Below, piece after piece: positions 9,239 to 20,095 of a stretch of DNA of 64,000 nucleotides (within the stretch, counting starts at the first letter, position 1; each line of letters begins with the position of its first letter). The notes beneath the pieces were generated by a model. That model did not search any database. It was not told where the DNA came from and was given only the letters and a program-made list of their open reading frames with translations. The position numbers were made by a program, and so were the translations under genes. Source of the stretch: Gemmatimonadales bacterium (GTDB taxonomy: Bacteria; Gemmatimonadota; Gemmatimonadetes; Gemmatimonadales; GWC2-71-9); the NCBI GenBank assembly GCA_041577295.1, contig JBFGJG010000004.1:71816-135815 (forward strand), read 5' to 3'.

Positions 9239-10390
9239 GTGATCGATTCCGACTACACGATCGCGACCCTCTCGGATCTGGTCCGTATCAACTCGATCAA
9301 TCCCGCGTTCACGAGCGGTGCGACCAACGAGACGGAGATCGCACGCTACGTTCATGAGGCCATGGCGCGGATGGGGCTCGAGGTCACGGCCCATGAGCCG
9401 GAGCCGGGGCGCACGAGTATCGTGGGACGAATCCGCGGCGCGACAGAAGGACCTGTGGTGATCTTGTACGCACACGTCGATACCGTGGGGGTCGAGGAGA
9501 TGGCTGCCCCGTTTGCCGGGGACATGTTTGATGGTCGGTTGCACGGGCGGGGTGCGTATGACATGAAGGGCGGACTTGCGGCGTGTCTCGGTGCTGCCAA
9601 AGCGATCGTGGCTTCAGGGCTCTCCCGCGGTGAGATTCTCATCACGGCGGTCGCCGACGAGGAGGTTGCAAGCATCGGGATGGCGGAGGTACTGCGCCAT
9701 CATGCGGCGGATGCGGCGATCGTTACCGAGCCGACCGAGTTGCAGGTCTGTGTGGCCCACAAGGGTTTTTGCTGGATAGAGGTCCAGACTCACGGACGCG
9801 CGGCCCATGGGAGTCAGTTTCGGGTTGGCGTCGACGCCAACATGCGGATGGGGCGCTTCCTCGCACAGCTCGAGGGACTCGAGCGACGCCTACGCGCTTC
9901 ACCGGGACACCCCCTCGTCGGGCCACCGTCGCTTCACGCGCCAGTCATCCGGGGAGGGACCGGGCCGAGTACCTATTCCGCACACTGCCGGCTCGAGATC
10001 GAGCGGCGGACGATCCCCGGGGAATCGACATCCTCAGTTCTTTCGGAAATCGAAGACATCGTACGCCGCTTGATGGACGAAGATCCGACATTCGATGCGC
10101 GGGCGCGCATGCTGCTGGCGCGGGACTCGTTTGAGGTCGCACCCGACGCGAGGATCGTGCGTACTGTTTCTGAGGTTGCCGCTCGCGTTCTTGGTAAAAC
10201 CGCACCGCTGGTTGGAATGCCGTACTGGATGGATGCAGCGCTGCTCGCGGCAGCAGGCATCGAGACCGTTGTGATCGGGCCAATGGGGCAGGGTGCCCAC
10301 GCAAAAGAGGAATGGGTAGAGGTGGCGTCTGTCGTTAAGCTCGCGGAGATCCTCGCCCGGGCGGCGACGACCTATTGCGAGGCGAATTGA
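9239..10390 (+). CDS. M20 family ArgE/DapE-like deacylase
   Basis: AHVDTV, GRGAYDMKGG, ADEE, TEPT, GRAAHGS, C-terminal GAHAKEE. Confidence 0.9.
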   Translation: MIDSDYTIATLSDLVRINSINPAFTSGATNETEIARYVHEAMARMGLEVTAHEPEPGRTSIVGRIRGATEGPVVILYAHVDTVGVEEMAAPFAGDMFDGRLHGRGAYDMKGGLAACLGAAKAIVASGLSRGEILITAVADEEVASIGMAEVLRHHAADAAIVTEPTELQVCVAHKGFCWIEVQTHGRAAHGSQFRVGVDANMRMGRFLAQLEGLERRLRASPGHPLVGPPSLHAPVIRGGTGPSTYSAHCRLEIERRTIPGESTSSVLSEIEDIVRRLMDEDPTFDARARMLLARDSFEVAPDARIVRTVSEVAARVLGKTAPLVGMPYWMDAALLAAAGIETVVIGPMGQGAHAKEEWVEVASVVKLAEILARAATTYCEAN

Positions 10391-11853
10391 CTCGACTCGG
10401 TCGACGCAAAGAGCCGCTGGACGGCCTCGTCCGAGTTCACGGCGCTGGTTTTGGCAGCGACGACGTAGGCAAGGAGCGACAGCAGCATCGCAGGGAAAAC
10501 CTCGTGTATGCGCTCCCCAAGGGGAAGATACTTCCACCCTAACAGGACCCCGACCCCGACGGCGAACGACGTAATCACCGCGAAACCGTTCCCCTTCCGC
10601 CAATGTAACCCGAGAACCACCGCCGGGAGGAAGCAGGCAGCAAACAGGCTGCCGGAGAAGGCGGTGAGCGTAACGATCTGGCCAGGTGGATCCAGTGCGA
10701 TGATCGCCGTGATCAGCGCAAAGAGGCCGACGTAGACCCGTGTCTGTCGCAGCACGGACGCGTCCGTCACGTGGCGGCGCCACAGCCCCACGAGATCACG
10801 TTCACATGTCGATGCCATGACGAGCAACACGCTGTCGAGTGAGGACATCGCAGCCGCGACCATGGCCACGAGCAGGAATGCTCCTATCGCTGGGTGAAAG
10901 ACCTCTCCGCCGGCTAGGAGCGTTGGGACGACTAGATCCGTGTCACCAATTCCTCCACCGACGATGTTGTGCGCGAACAGCCCTACAGGAAGCAACAACG
11001 AGTAGACGAAGAGAAATGCGAGGGTCGAAACCCACATGCCGCGGCGAACGGCTCTCTCATCTTCGAGCGCATAGAATCTCGACAGCTGTCGTGGTTCAAC
11101 GACGAATTTGAGGGTGCCAGCAACGATGATTCCGATAATAACGGGAAACGGCATCGCTGCGTCCCAGCGGAAGAGATGGGAGGTACTTGGACGATCGCGG
11201 ACTGCTGCGATGGCTCCGGTTCCTCCCGCAGCATCGAGGGTTCCCCAAAACAAGAGGATGGCAGCTACGATCATCACCAGTCCCTGAACGACATCCGTGC
11301 GCACGACCGACAGAAACCCACCGACGGCGGTGTACAGCATGACGATGAGAAAGACCACGAGGATGGCGATCACATAGGGAATATCGAGGAATACCTCCAA
11401 CAGGTTTCCGATACCCTTGAAAACCGCGGTCATGTACAGAAAGCTGGCAAAGAGCACGATGACTGCGGCCGACACCCGAGCTCGGGTGCTTCCAAAACGA
11501 AAGCCGATGAAGTCGGGAAGCGTGACCGAGTCGAGCGCACCGGTAAAGCGCCGCAGCCGCGGTGCCACGACCATCCATGCGACGAGGCAGAAGATCACCG
11601 CAACGGGTGCAAGGAGTAGCCATGGAGTACCATACGAGTACGCCTGGCCGGAAAAACCAACGAAGCTGTTCGTGCTGGAGTAGGTGGCGAAGAAGCTGAG
11701 TCCGAGCGCGATGCCGCCCATTGCCCGGCCACCCACGTAGTAGTCCACGACACCTCGCGTTCGGCGCTTACCCTCGAGCGCATGGATCGCCATGAGCGCG
11801 GTGTAGAGTGCAAACAACCCGAGTACGAAGCCGTGCGCTTTGATCCAGGACAT
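10372..11853 (-). CDS. Sodium:solute symporter family transporter (PutP/PanF-like)
   Basis: YYVGGRAMG, ATYSSTNSFVG, YTAVGG..SVVRTDVVQG, AAAMSSLDS. Start placed at MSWIK (11853). Confidence 0.9.
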   Translation of the reverse strand: MSWIKAHGFVLGLFALYTALMAIHALEGKRRTRGVVDYYVGGRAMGGIALGLSFFATYSSTNSFVGFSGQAYSYGTPWLLLAPVAVIFCLVAWMVVAPRLRRFTGALDSVTLPDFIGFRFGSTRARVSAAVIVLFASFLYMTAVFKGIGNLLEVFLDIPYVIAILVVFLIVMLYTAVGGFLSVVRTDVVQGLVMIVAAILLFWGTLDAAGGTGAIAAVRDRPSTSHLFRWDAAMPFPVIIGIIVAGTLKFVVEPRQLSRFYALEDERAVRRGMWVSTLAFLFVYSLLLPVGLFAHNIVGGGIGDTDLVVPTLLAGGEVFHPAIGAFLLVAMVAAAMSSLDSVLLVMASTCERDLVGLWRRHVTDASVLRQTRVYVGLFALITAIIALDPPGQIVTLTAFSGSLFAACFLPAVVLGLHWRKGNGFAVITSFAVGVGVLLGWKYLPLGERIHEVFPAMLLSLLAYVVAAKTSAVNSDEAVQRLFASTESSQFASQ

Positions 11854-12077
11854 GACTCGCGCTTTTGTCCCCTTTCGTCGCCGGGCATCAATTAGGCGCT
11901 GAGGATGAGAAGCGCAAGGCGTGACTCGTGAGACGGGGCTGGGAACCGCCCGGCTGTTCACATGCTCCTTGGCTCACCTCGCGCGCACTCTGGTTCCCTC
12001 AGGGCGTTTGGACGGCTATTGTAGCTGCGCTGTTCCCGTGTGCTGATTCTTACCCTCCATCGCCGGAATGCAGAACC

Positions 12078-15000
12078 ATGACACGCTCTTTTCCTGTGCT
12101 CGCCGTCGTGCTCCTCGTGGCGTTTACGCCCACAGAAGCGCAGCAGCCCCAGATTGACAACGCGCTTTATCAAGACATGGAGTGGCGTAACATTGGGCCG
12201 TTTCGGGGTGGCCGTTCGGTGGCGGTCGCGGGCGTCGTATCGGATCCGTCGATTTACTACTTCGGCGGTGTCGGGAGCGGGGTGTGGAAGACGACCGACG
12301 CTGGGCTAAGCTGGACCAACGTGTCCGACTCGACGTTTGGCACCTCGTCAGTAGGCGCGATCGCCGTGGCGCCCGCGGATGCCAACGTAGTGTACGTTGG
12401 AATGGGCGAGCACGCGGTCCGCGGGGTTGCCACGTCCTACGGTGATGGAGTGTACAAGTCCACCGATGCGGGAAAGACGTGGACCCACCTAGGTCTCACC
12501 GAGACCCGGCACATTGCGGCCATCGTCGTCCATCCCACCAATCCCGATCTCGTATACGTCGCTGCACAGGGAGCCGTCCACGGTGCGACGCCGGACCGTG
12601 GGATATACAGATCCATGGATGGGGGACAGACCTGGGAGCGGGTGCTGTTCGCCAACGAGACCACGGGAGCAAGTTCGCTGAGCATGGACCGGCATAACCC
12701 GCGGGTGCTGTACGCTGGTCTGTGGGATCACATCCGCTACCCGTGGGAAGTCCGGAGCGGTGGAGCCGGAAGTGGCATCTACCGTTCCGCGGACGGCGGA
12801 AACACGTGGAGCAAGCTGACGGACGGCTTCCCTGACCTCATGGGAAAGACGAGCGTTTCGGTTTCGGCGGATCCTCAGCGGATCTATGCGCTGATCGAAG
12901 CCGATCCGGGCGGTGGCGTGTATCGCTCCGATGACGGTGGCAAGACCTGGAGAAACATCAACGAGAATTGGACGCTCAGAGCACGCGCGTGGTACTACAT
13001 CCACATCCACGCCGATCCACAGAATCCCGACGTCGTGTGGATCATGAATGCACCGCTCATGAAATCGATCGACGGTGGGAAGAGCTTTACCAGAGTCCGC
13101 ACACCGCATGGAGACAATCACGCGCTATGGATCAATCCGTCCAACTCCAAATACCTCATCAACGGCAACGACGGTGGAGCCAACGTGTCGCTCAACGGAG
13201 GTGAAAGTTGGTCGACGCAGCAGAACCAGCCAACCGCACAGTTCTACCGGGTAAACACGGACAATCGCTTTCCTTACTACGTCTACGGCGGCCAGCAAGA
13301 TAATAGCTCCGTCGCAATCGTGAGCCGCACATCAGGCCGTGGCATCGACTGGAAGGATTGGTATGCTGTGGCCGGGTGCGAAACCGCGTACATCGCGTTC
13401 GATCGAGACAACCCAGTACGCAATTACGGTGGCTGCTACATGGGACAGATCGAGGAGTTTAACGAAGTGACGCGGGAGTCGCACAATGTGATGGCCTATC
13501 CGTTCTTGCCAGCGGCACTCGCCTCACGCGATATCAAGTATCGGTTCAACTGGAATGCGCCGATTCTCGTGTCTCGTCATGACCCATCCGTGATCTACCA
13601 CGCAGCCAATGTGCTTCTCAAGTCGACGGACAGAGGGCGGTCATGGGTGGAGGTGAGTCCCGATCTGACACGAGACGAGGATGCGAAACAGGGTCAAGGA
13701 GGGAGTCCGATTACGAATGAGGGTGCGGGCGGCGAGATCTATGGCACCATCATGTATGTAACGGAGTCGCCACACGACCGAAACACGATCTGGGCCGGCA
13801 GCGACGACGGGCTCGTGCACGTGACGCGGGACGGAGGCCAGACGTGGTCGAACGTTACCCCACGGGGACCCCCGGAGGGGATGGTCAATGCGATCGATGT
13901 GTCGCCCCATGAGCCTGGAGGTGCGTACATCGCCTTCACGCGTTACAAGTTCAACGATTACACACCGTACATGTACAAGACCGCCGATTTCGGGAAGTCG
14001 TGGACGAGAATCGTGGACGGCATACCCAACGGCGCGTTTGTCCGGGTGGTTCGCGAGGACCCAAGGCGCCGCGGCTTGCTCTACGCCGGCACTGAAACGG
14101 GCTTGTACGCCTCCTGGAACGATGGAGGTGACTGGCAGTCACTCCAACTCAACATGCCGATTACCCCCATCACAGACCTGCAGGTTCACGAGCGTGACAA
14201 CGATCTCGTCGCTTCCACGCAGGGACGCGGCTTTTGGATCCTCGACGATCTGTCCCCCCTGCAGCAGATGAACCTCAGGATCGCGCGGTCGCCGATGCAT
14301 CTGTTCAGCCCGCGCACCGCGTACCGCATGGTTGGAGGTGGTGGCTTTCAATTTCCGGCGAGCAACGTGGGCCAGAATCCACCGGAGGGCGCGATCATCG
14401 ATTTTTACCTCGCCGGCATATCGGATTCGACGCCGGTCCGTATCGAGATCCACAGAACCAGCGGCGAGCGCGTGCGTGTCTACTCCTCGGCAAAGGACGC
14501 TGAGGTCGATTCCACGTCCCGGATCGAGGTGAAGGCGGGGCACAACCGCGTCGCATGGGATCTTCGTCACGAGGCTGTCAAGAACGTGCCGGAGCTGTAT
14601 ACCTGGGGAAGCCTGCGTGGCCATCGAGCAGCACCGGGTGTTTACCTGGTGCGCGTAGTCCAGGGTGAGACGGACCGGGCCGATTCGCTACGGGTCATGA
14701 AGGATCCGCGTGTCGAGGCGAGTCCGTCGGACTTCGTTGACCAAGAGCGCTTTATCGCGGGCGTCACCGCGGGGCTGGCCGCGATTCATGAGAGCGTGAT
14801 CCAGCTAAGGGACGTGCGCGAACAGATCGAAGGGATCATGAGTCGAACGAAAGATCACGAGGTTGGGACGACGATCGCCGAAGCGGGAAAGCCATTTGTC
14901 GACGATCTCAGCGCTATGGAGGATTCTTTGGTTCAGAAGCGGGTGGCGGATGGCCAAACCGTCATCAACTTCCCATCGCGTCTGCGGTTTCAATACGTCT

Positions 15001-15230
15001 ACCTGCGGGGTGCGGTGGATGGTACGGAGGGAATTGTGACCGAGGGCGCTCGTGCCTTATATCGAGACCTGACGGCCAAGTGGTCCGAGTTGCAGTCACA
15101 GCTCGCTGAGCTGTTCGGGCCTCGCCTCGTGAGCTTCAACCGGCTAGTGCAGGAGAGCGGAATACCGGCGATCATCATGGCACCCGAGCGCCGAGAGACC
15201 ACGACTTCGGCATCCGAGCTAGAGCGGTAG
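12078..15230 (+). CDS. Secreted VPS10/sortilin-like BNR-repeat glycosyl hydrolase-like protein
   Basis: Signal peptide, WRNIGPFRGGR, many S/T.DGG.TW Asp-box repeats, C-terminal helical region. Confidence 0.85.
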   Translation: MTRSFPVLAVVLLVAFTPTEAQQPQIDNALYQDMEWRNIGPFRGGRSVAVAGVVSDPSIYYFGGVGSGVWKTTDAGLSWTNVSDSTFGTSSVGAIAVAPADANVVYVGMGEHAVRGVATSYGDGVYKSTDAGKTWTHLGLTETRHIAAIVVHPTNPDLVYVAAQGAVHGATPDRGIYRSMDGGQTWERVLFANETTGASSLSMDRHNPRVLYAGLWDHIRYPWEVRSGGAGSGIYRSADGGNTWSKLTDGFPDLMGKTSVSVSADPQRIYALIEADPGGGVYRSDDGGKTWRNINENWTLRARAWYYIHIHADPQNPDVVWIMNAPLMKSIDGGKSFTRVRTPHGDNHALWINPSNSKYLINGNDGGANVSLNGGESWSTQQNQPTAQFYRVNTDNRFPYYVYGGQQDNSSVAIVSRTSGRGIDWKDWYAVAGCETAYIAFDRDNPVRNYGGCYMGQIEEFNEVTRESHNVMAYPFLPAALASRDIKYRFNWNAPILVSRHDPSVIYHAANVLLKSTDRGRSWVEVSPDLTRDEDAKQGQGGSPITNEGAGGEIYGTIMYVTESPHDRNTIWAGSDDGLVHVTRDGGQTWSNVTPRGPPEGMVNAIDVSPHEPGGAYIAFTRYKFNDYTPYMYKTADFGKSWTRIVDGIPNGAFVRVVREDPRRRGLLYAGTETGLYASWNDGGDWQSLQLNMPITPITDLQVHERDNDLVASTQGRGFWILDDLSPLQQMNLRIARSPMHLFSPRTAYRMVGGGGFQFPASNVGQNPPEGAIIDFYLAGISDSTPVRIEIHRTSGERVRVYSSAKDAEVDSTSRIEVKAGHNRVAWDLRHEAVKNVPELYTWGSLRGHRAAPGVYLVRVVQGETDRADSLRVMKDPRVEASPSDFVDQERFIAGVTAGLAAIHESVIQLRDVREQIEGIMSRTKDHEVGTTIAEAGKPFVDDLSAMEDSLVQKRVADGQTVINFPSRLRFQYVYLRGAVDGTEGIVTEGARALYRDLTAKWSELQSQLAELFGPRLVSFNRLVQESGIPAIIMAPERRETTTSASELER

Positions 15231-15244
15231 TGGTTGGAGGATGT

Positions 15245-16105
15245 ATGAGACCGACACGGCTGTTCGCCGTCTTGGCGCTGATCGCGGCGATCCTCGTAAC
15301 CGGAACTCCCATGACAGCTAGTGGCCAGGTGACCTCGTACGTACGGTTTGTGCATCAGAGTCGCACAGCCTACGGGATTCTCGACGGTGAGGAGATACGC
15401 GAGCTGAGCGGTGAGCTGTTTGGAGCCCACCGCGAGACTGGGGTCAGCATACCGCTGTCCGCAGTGCGTTTGCTCGCGCCGTGCGAACCCACGAAGATCA
15501 TCGCGATTGGCCGCAATTATCGCAGTCACCTGGGTGGAAGGCCGCAGCCGAGTGAGCCTGGTTTGTTTCTCAAGCTTCCGACGTCCGTGATCGGTACGCA
15601 GGACAGCATTGTACTACCGCCCGATGCACAGGACGTGCATTACGAAGGGGAGCTCGTGGTTGTCATAGGGAAGCGAGCGAAGAACGTCGCCGTCGAAAAA
15701 GCGCTCGATTATGTCTTTGGCGTCACGGCGGGAAACGACGTGACCGATCGAACCTGGCAAGACACGGACCTCCAATGGGCTCGTGCAAAGGGGGCGGACA
15801 CGTTCGCTCCTCTCGGTCCCGCCATCGTCACTGGATTGAATTACGGAGATCTCCTGGTCCAAACACGGGTCAACGGCGAGGTGCGCCAGTCAGAGCGATC
15901 GAAGGATCTGCTCTATGATATCCCGACGATCGTGAGCTACATTAGCCGTTACATCACCCTGCTGCCAGGAGACGTGATCTACACGGGAACGCCGGGCACT
16001 ACCAGTGCGCTCAGCCCCGGCGACGTGGTCCAGGTGGAGGTGGAAAACGTAGGGGTCCTCCGGAACCCCGTTGTTGCCGCGGCGCGGGCGTCTACTCCCC
16101 GATGA
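15245..16105 (+). CDS. Fumarylacetoacetate hydrolase family protein with N-terminal signal peptide
   Basis: KIIAIGRNY, HYEGEL, GNDVTDR, RAKGADTFAPLGP, PGDVIYTGTP. GGAGG upstream of ATG 15245. Confidence 0.9.
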   Translation: MRPTRLFAVLALIAAILVTGTPMTASGQVTSYVRFVHQSRTAYGILDGEEIRELSGELFGAHRETGVSIPLSAVRLLAPCEPTKIIAIGRNYRSHLGGRPQPSEPGLFLKLPTSVIGTQDSIVLPPDAQDVHYEGELVVVIGKRAKNVAVEKALDYVFGVTAGNDVTDRTWQDTDLQWARAKGADTFAPLGPAIVTGLNYGDLLVQTRVNGEVRQSERSKDLLYDIPTIVSYISRYITLLPGDVIYTGTPGTTSALSPGDVVQVEVENVGVLRNPVVAAARASTPR

Positions 16106-16523
16106 CGATGTCGGGATCGATGACGATGGTGTCCGTGCGACCTGCCTGAACGCAAATGCCAGTGATGTTGTACTTGTACCGCCGGCCGGGTGGCTGGTTC
16201 GGCCGCATCTCGAGCGCTCGCGCAGCGGCTTGCTTTGAGCCACGGACCTGATTGGCTTGATAGGGCCACGCCCCTCCGCGCTTCGGGCCCACGTCGATGC
16301 CGTCCGGAGTGGATTGTGGCCGGAGAGTCCAATCCGTCGAATCTCCCTGTTGTACTACGACTGTCCAAGGATCGACATCAACCGTTATCTGACCGCCGGT
16401 ACACGTGATAAGCACGTTTACGGAGTGACGTGTGGGGCGTTCGGCGGAGGATTCCCGGGCATCCATGGTTATCATTCCGCCCGCGAGGACCGCTGCGACG
16501 ATGACAAAGGAAATTGCTCGCAT
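16092..16523 (-). CDS. Small secreted hypothetical protein (beta-rich, C-terminal IDPDIVI)
   Basis: Signal peptide MRAISFVIVAAVLAGG, two Cys, ends YKYNI...DPDIVIGE. Confidence 0.6.
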   Translation of the reverse strand: MRAISFVIVAAVLAGGMITMDARESSAERPTRHSVNVLITCTGGQITVDVDPWTVVVQQGDSTDWTLRPQSTPDGIDVGPKRGGAWPYQANQVRGSKQAAARALEMRPNQPPGRRYKYNITGICVQAGRTDTIVIDPDIVIGE

Positions 16524-16687
16524 GAGAACTCCGCGTTGGGGGAAAGCTCGACTAACCATGCCCGTTGAAACCGGGCCCCGCAAGGTGTGGGACGCGTGGC
16601 CTCGCGTCACGGCCATCCCGCCCTCATCTTTTGGTTTTGGACCCGCCGCCAGGCCGTGTCCAGCGAACTCCATGCATAAAGAAGCGC

Positions 16688-19117
16688 ATGCCTGACCAGC
16701 CGTCGCGATCGCCAGAGTCGAATTGGGCCGACCCACTCGAGCACCCGGAGCGTATAGGGCCGTACCGCATACTCCAACTGCTGGGTGAGGGAGGGATGGG
16801 GATCGTGTATGAGGCGGAGCAGCTCGAGCCCGTCGTTCGCCGTGTGGCTCTCAAAGTGATGAAGCCCGGGCTCGACACCAAACAGGTGCTGGCGCGATTC
16901 GAAGCGGAGCGACAGGCCCTGGCCGTAATGGATCACCCCTACATCGCAAAGGTCCTCGACGCGGGTGTGACCGAAGCGGGACGTCCCTACTTCGTGATGG
17001 AGCTTGTGAAGGGCATCCCGCTCAACGACTACTGCGATTCGTTCAAGCTTTCGATGCGTGCCCGTCTCGAACTGTTCATCGAGATCTGCCGCGCGGTGCA
17101 GCACGCCCATCAAAAAGGGGTCATTCACCGGGATCTCAAGCCCTCCAATATCCTAGTTGCTGAACGTGACGACCGGCCGGTGCCGAGGATCATCGACTTT
17201 GGCGTGGCGAAGGCGATCTCGCAGCCGCTGACTGAGCGGACGCTGGTCACCGAGTTTGGGCGGGCCATCGGCACTCCGGCGTACATGAGTCCCGAACAGG
17301 CCGGCATGTCGGGCCTCGACATCGATACGCGGACTGACATCTACTCATTGGGTGTGCTCTTGTATGAGTTGCTGGTGGGCTCTCTCCCAGTGGAACCGCA
17401 CGAGGTGGGAGGGATGCCAGAGTTCTTCGCGCAGCTCGTGATGCGCGAGACGGATCCACCAACGCCGAGTGCCCGCTTCACCAGCCTCGCCGGGCAGCGG
17501 AAGGCCGTCGCGGAGTTTCGCCACACCGATCCCAAGTCACTCGCTCGCGAGCTGAAGGGCGATCTCGACTGGATCGTCATGAAGGCGATGGAAAAGGAGC
17601 GCTCTCGTCGGTACGACACGGCCAACGGGCTCGCGATGGACGTGGAGCGGCATCTCCACGAGGAGCCTGTCCTGGCTCGCCCACCCAGTGCGGCCTATCG
17701 CCTGTCGAAGTTCGTGGTACGTAACCGCCCCGCCGTGATCGCAGCCACGGTTGTCGCCGTAGCTGTGATCGGCGGTGCGATTACCGCGACCGTCGGGATG
17801 GTTCGCGCCAGCAGAGCGGAAGCCGCGACGGCACGGGAGGCCGAGGCCCTCCGCCAGGTGTCGGACTTTCTCGTGGGGTTGTTCCAGGTGAACGATCCGA
17901 GTGAAGCTCGTGGGAACTCGGTGACCGCGCGGGAGCTGCTCGACAGGGCGACCGAGCGCATCGAGGTGGAATTGGCCCAGCAACCTCAAGTGCAAGCCCA
18001 GCTCATGCTCACCATGGGTGAGGCGTACCAGAGTCTCGGGTTGTATGACCAGGCGGCTCCGATGCTCGAACGGGGGGTGGCGGTGCGAGAGACGCTTCAT
18101 GGCGGCGATCATATCGCGGTGGGCCAGGGGTTATTCAAACTGGCTGAGCTCTTTCGTAAGCAAGGAAAGTACGTTGAGGCCGAGCAACTGTATGAGCGGG
18201 CCGCCACCATTCAGGAAGCACGTGAGGGACCCACCTCCCCGGCGCTCGCTGCCACGCTCACCGGTCTCGGCAACGCCCATGTCTCGCAAGGAAAATTCGA
18301 TCAGGCGGAGCCGCTACTCGAACGAGGGCTGAGAATCCGCGAGGCCGCGCACGTCCCAAACCAGCTGGAGGTCGCGCAGAGCTACGGCGCCTTGGGGAGC
18401 CTGTACACTCGGCAGGGGCGCTACGCTGAAGCAGATTCCATGTTCACGCGCGTGCTGGCGACTCGGGAGAAAAAGTTCGGTCACGATCATCCGGACGTCG
18501 CACAGACGCTCAGCGATCTCGGTGGCGTTCGTTGGTTGCAAGGCAACCTCGACGACGCCGATCACTACTTTCGACGTTCCCTCGATACTCGGGTACGGAT
18601 GCTCGGACCCGACCACCCACAGCTAGGGTCAATCCTCAACAACTTGGGGGTTCTGGCATGGACGCGTGGCGACTATCGAGAAGCTGCATCCCTGTACAGG
18701 CGAGCTCTCGACATCTATGAAAAGACACTTGGTGCCAATCATCCTCGGGTGGCCGGCGCGCTCAACAACATTGCCGAGACCCATTGGAAACTCGAGAACT
18801 ACGTGGAAGGAGAACGTCTCTTCCGGCGCGCCCTGACCATTAAGGAGCGCGTGCTCGAGCCTGCACACCCATCGATCGCCGTCACCCTCAACGGTCTTGC
18901 CAACCTCTATCGGGACCAACGACGCTATCGCGATGCCGAACCGCTTTACCGGCGAGCACTCTCAATTCGTGAAAAGGCTCTTGGCGAGACCGACCCGGCC
19001 GTCCTAGAGACGTTGACCGATTATGCTGCCATGCTCAGGGGCGCAGGTCGCGCCGCTGAGGCTATCCCGCTCGAAGCACGCGCGGACTCGATCAAGGCAA
19101 CGCGAGCGGCCGGATAA
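16688..19117 (+). CDS. Hanks-type Ser/Thr protein kinase with TM segment and C-terminal TPR repeats
   Basis: LGEGGMGIVY, VALK, HRDLKPSN, DFG, GTPAYMSPEQ, then kinesin-light-chain-like TPRs (LGPDHP..G.ILNNLG). Confidence 0.95.
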   Translation: MPDQPSRSPESNWADPLEHPERIGPYRILQLLGEGGMGIVYEAEQLEPVVRRVALKVMKPGLDTKQVLARFEAERQALAVMDHPYIAKVLDAGVTEAGRPYFVMELVKGIPLNDYCDSFKLSMRARLELFIEICRAVQHAHQKGVIHRDLKPSNILVAERDDRPVPRIIDFGVAKAISQPLTERTLVTEFGRAIGTPAYMSPEQAGMSGLDIDTRTDIYSLGVLLYELLVGSLPVEPHEVGGMPEFFAQLVMRETDPPTPSARFTSLAGQRKAVAEFRHTDPKSLARELKGDLDWIVMKAMEKERSRRYDTANGLAMDVERHLHEEPVLARPPSAAYRLSKFVVRNRPAVIAATVVAVAVIGGAITATVGMVRASRAEAATAREAEALRQVSDFLVGLFQVNDPSEARGNSVTARELLDRATERIEVELAQQPQVQAQLMLTMGEAYQSLGLYDQAAPMLERGVAVRETLHGGDHIAVGQGLFKLAELFRKQGKYVEAEQLYERAATIQEAREGPTSPALAATLTGLGNAHVSQGKFDQAEPLLERGLRIREAAHVPNQLEVAQSYGALGSLYTRQGRYAEADSMFTRVLATREKKFGHDHPDVAQTLSDLGGVRWLQGNLDDADHYFRRSLDTRVRMLGPDHPQLGSILNNLGVLAWTRGDYREAASLYRRALDIYEKTLGANHPRVAGALNNIAETHWKLENYVEGERLFRRALTIKERVLEPAHPSIAVTLNGLANLYRDQRRYRDAEPLYRRALSIREKALGETDPAVLETLTDYAAMLRGAGRAAEAIPLEARADSIKATRAAG

Positions 19118-19170
19118 GGGTACGAGCGGCGAGTTCCTCCATTCCTGCGTCCGTCCATCCTCCACCCATC

Positions 19171-19644
19171 CTACTCACAGATATAACACACACCCGTGCC
19201 ATCCACTGTCTGTGGTACATCCCGTTCCGCGTTCACGATGCAGAGGAATCCAAAGGGCTCGGCTGCGTCGGCGGGGTTACGGAATTGGTGCGGATCGTTG
19301 GGGGCAACGTAGACGACGTCACCGAACCCAACCCTGTAAATGTAGCAGCCAAACTGCGCTTCGCCACGCCCCCGGATCGGTATGACGACGTGTTCGTGCT
19401 CATGTCGCTCGAGGGTGCTGTAGCCGCCTGGGGCGATCTCGAAGTAACGGACATGAAACCGCTGGGACTCGCCTCGCGTCCCGGACAGCTCGCGGCGGGT
19501 GATGCCACGCCACGTGTCAGTGGTTGCCTTGTAGGGTTCGAGCAGAACGTCGTGCCAGTTGAAGTTCCCCTGATGCCGGATCACCTTGCTGTGGTTGCCC
19601 ACCAGCGGCGGATGTGGGGGGAGCTTCTTGCTCGGTGCGGTCAT
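19171..19644 (-). CDS. Cupin domain protein
   Basis: PGGYSTLERHEHEHVV and GDVVYVAPNDPHQF cupin motifs. AGAGGA upstream of ATG 19644. Confidence 0.85.
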   Translation of the reverse strand: MTAPSKKLPPHPPLVGNHSKVIRHQGNFNWHDVLLEPYKATTDTWRGITRRELSGTRGESQRFHVRYFEIAPGGYSTLERHEHEHVVIPIRGRGEAQFGCYIYRVGFGDVVYVAPNDPHQFRNPADAAEPFGFLCIVNAERDVPQTVDGTGVCYICE

Positions 19645-19782
19645 GGGTCCTCTGTTCGTAAATCGTCGCAGATTGAGAAAAGGTAACACATGCTCCACTG
19701 TGAGGGACCCGTGTACGATGCCTATCCTCGGGCGAGTCAGACGAATAGCTTTGTGAAGACTCCAGTATCGGAGCGCTAGGAA

Positions 19783-20064
19783 TTGTCGGACGACAAACCT
19801 CGGTTGGGTCCTTTCTTGCGGCATTATGGCCAGCAGGAGAAGAAAAGCGTCCGCGAACGTCTGACCGAGCTTGCCATCGGCGCCGGTGGCGCTATTGGGT
19901 TCCTCGTGGTGCTCGCTGGTGTCCTGTGGAGCTTCTTCAAGTTTCCAGTCCCGACCTTCATTGGTCTCGTCATTGTGTGGGGCGTGGGTTTCCTCGTACT
20001 CACCGTCAAACGACAACGCGCGAGGGCCCGGGAGCGGGCGCTCCGGGAGTCACAGCTGAAATGA
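19783..20064 (+). CDS. Small membrane protein (2 TM)
   Basis: Two hydrophobic segments and a basic tail. It lies directly upstream of the next kinase. Confidence 0.55.
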   Translation: MSDDKPRLGPFLRHYGQQEKKSVRERLTELAIGAGGAIGFLVVLAGVLWSFFKFPVPTFIGLVIVWGVGFLVLTVKRQRARARERALRESQLK

Positions 20065-20095
20065 TGGACACATCCCCTCTATCCCTTCTGTAGTT

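Noticed and set aside
19645..20016. Long N-terminal extension of the cupin ORF
   Set aside because: It is antisense to the small membrane gene, and a good RBS precedes ATG 19644.
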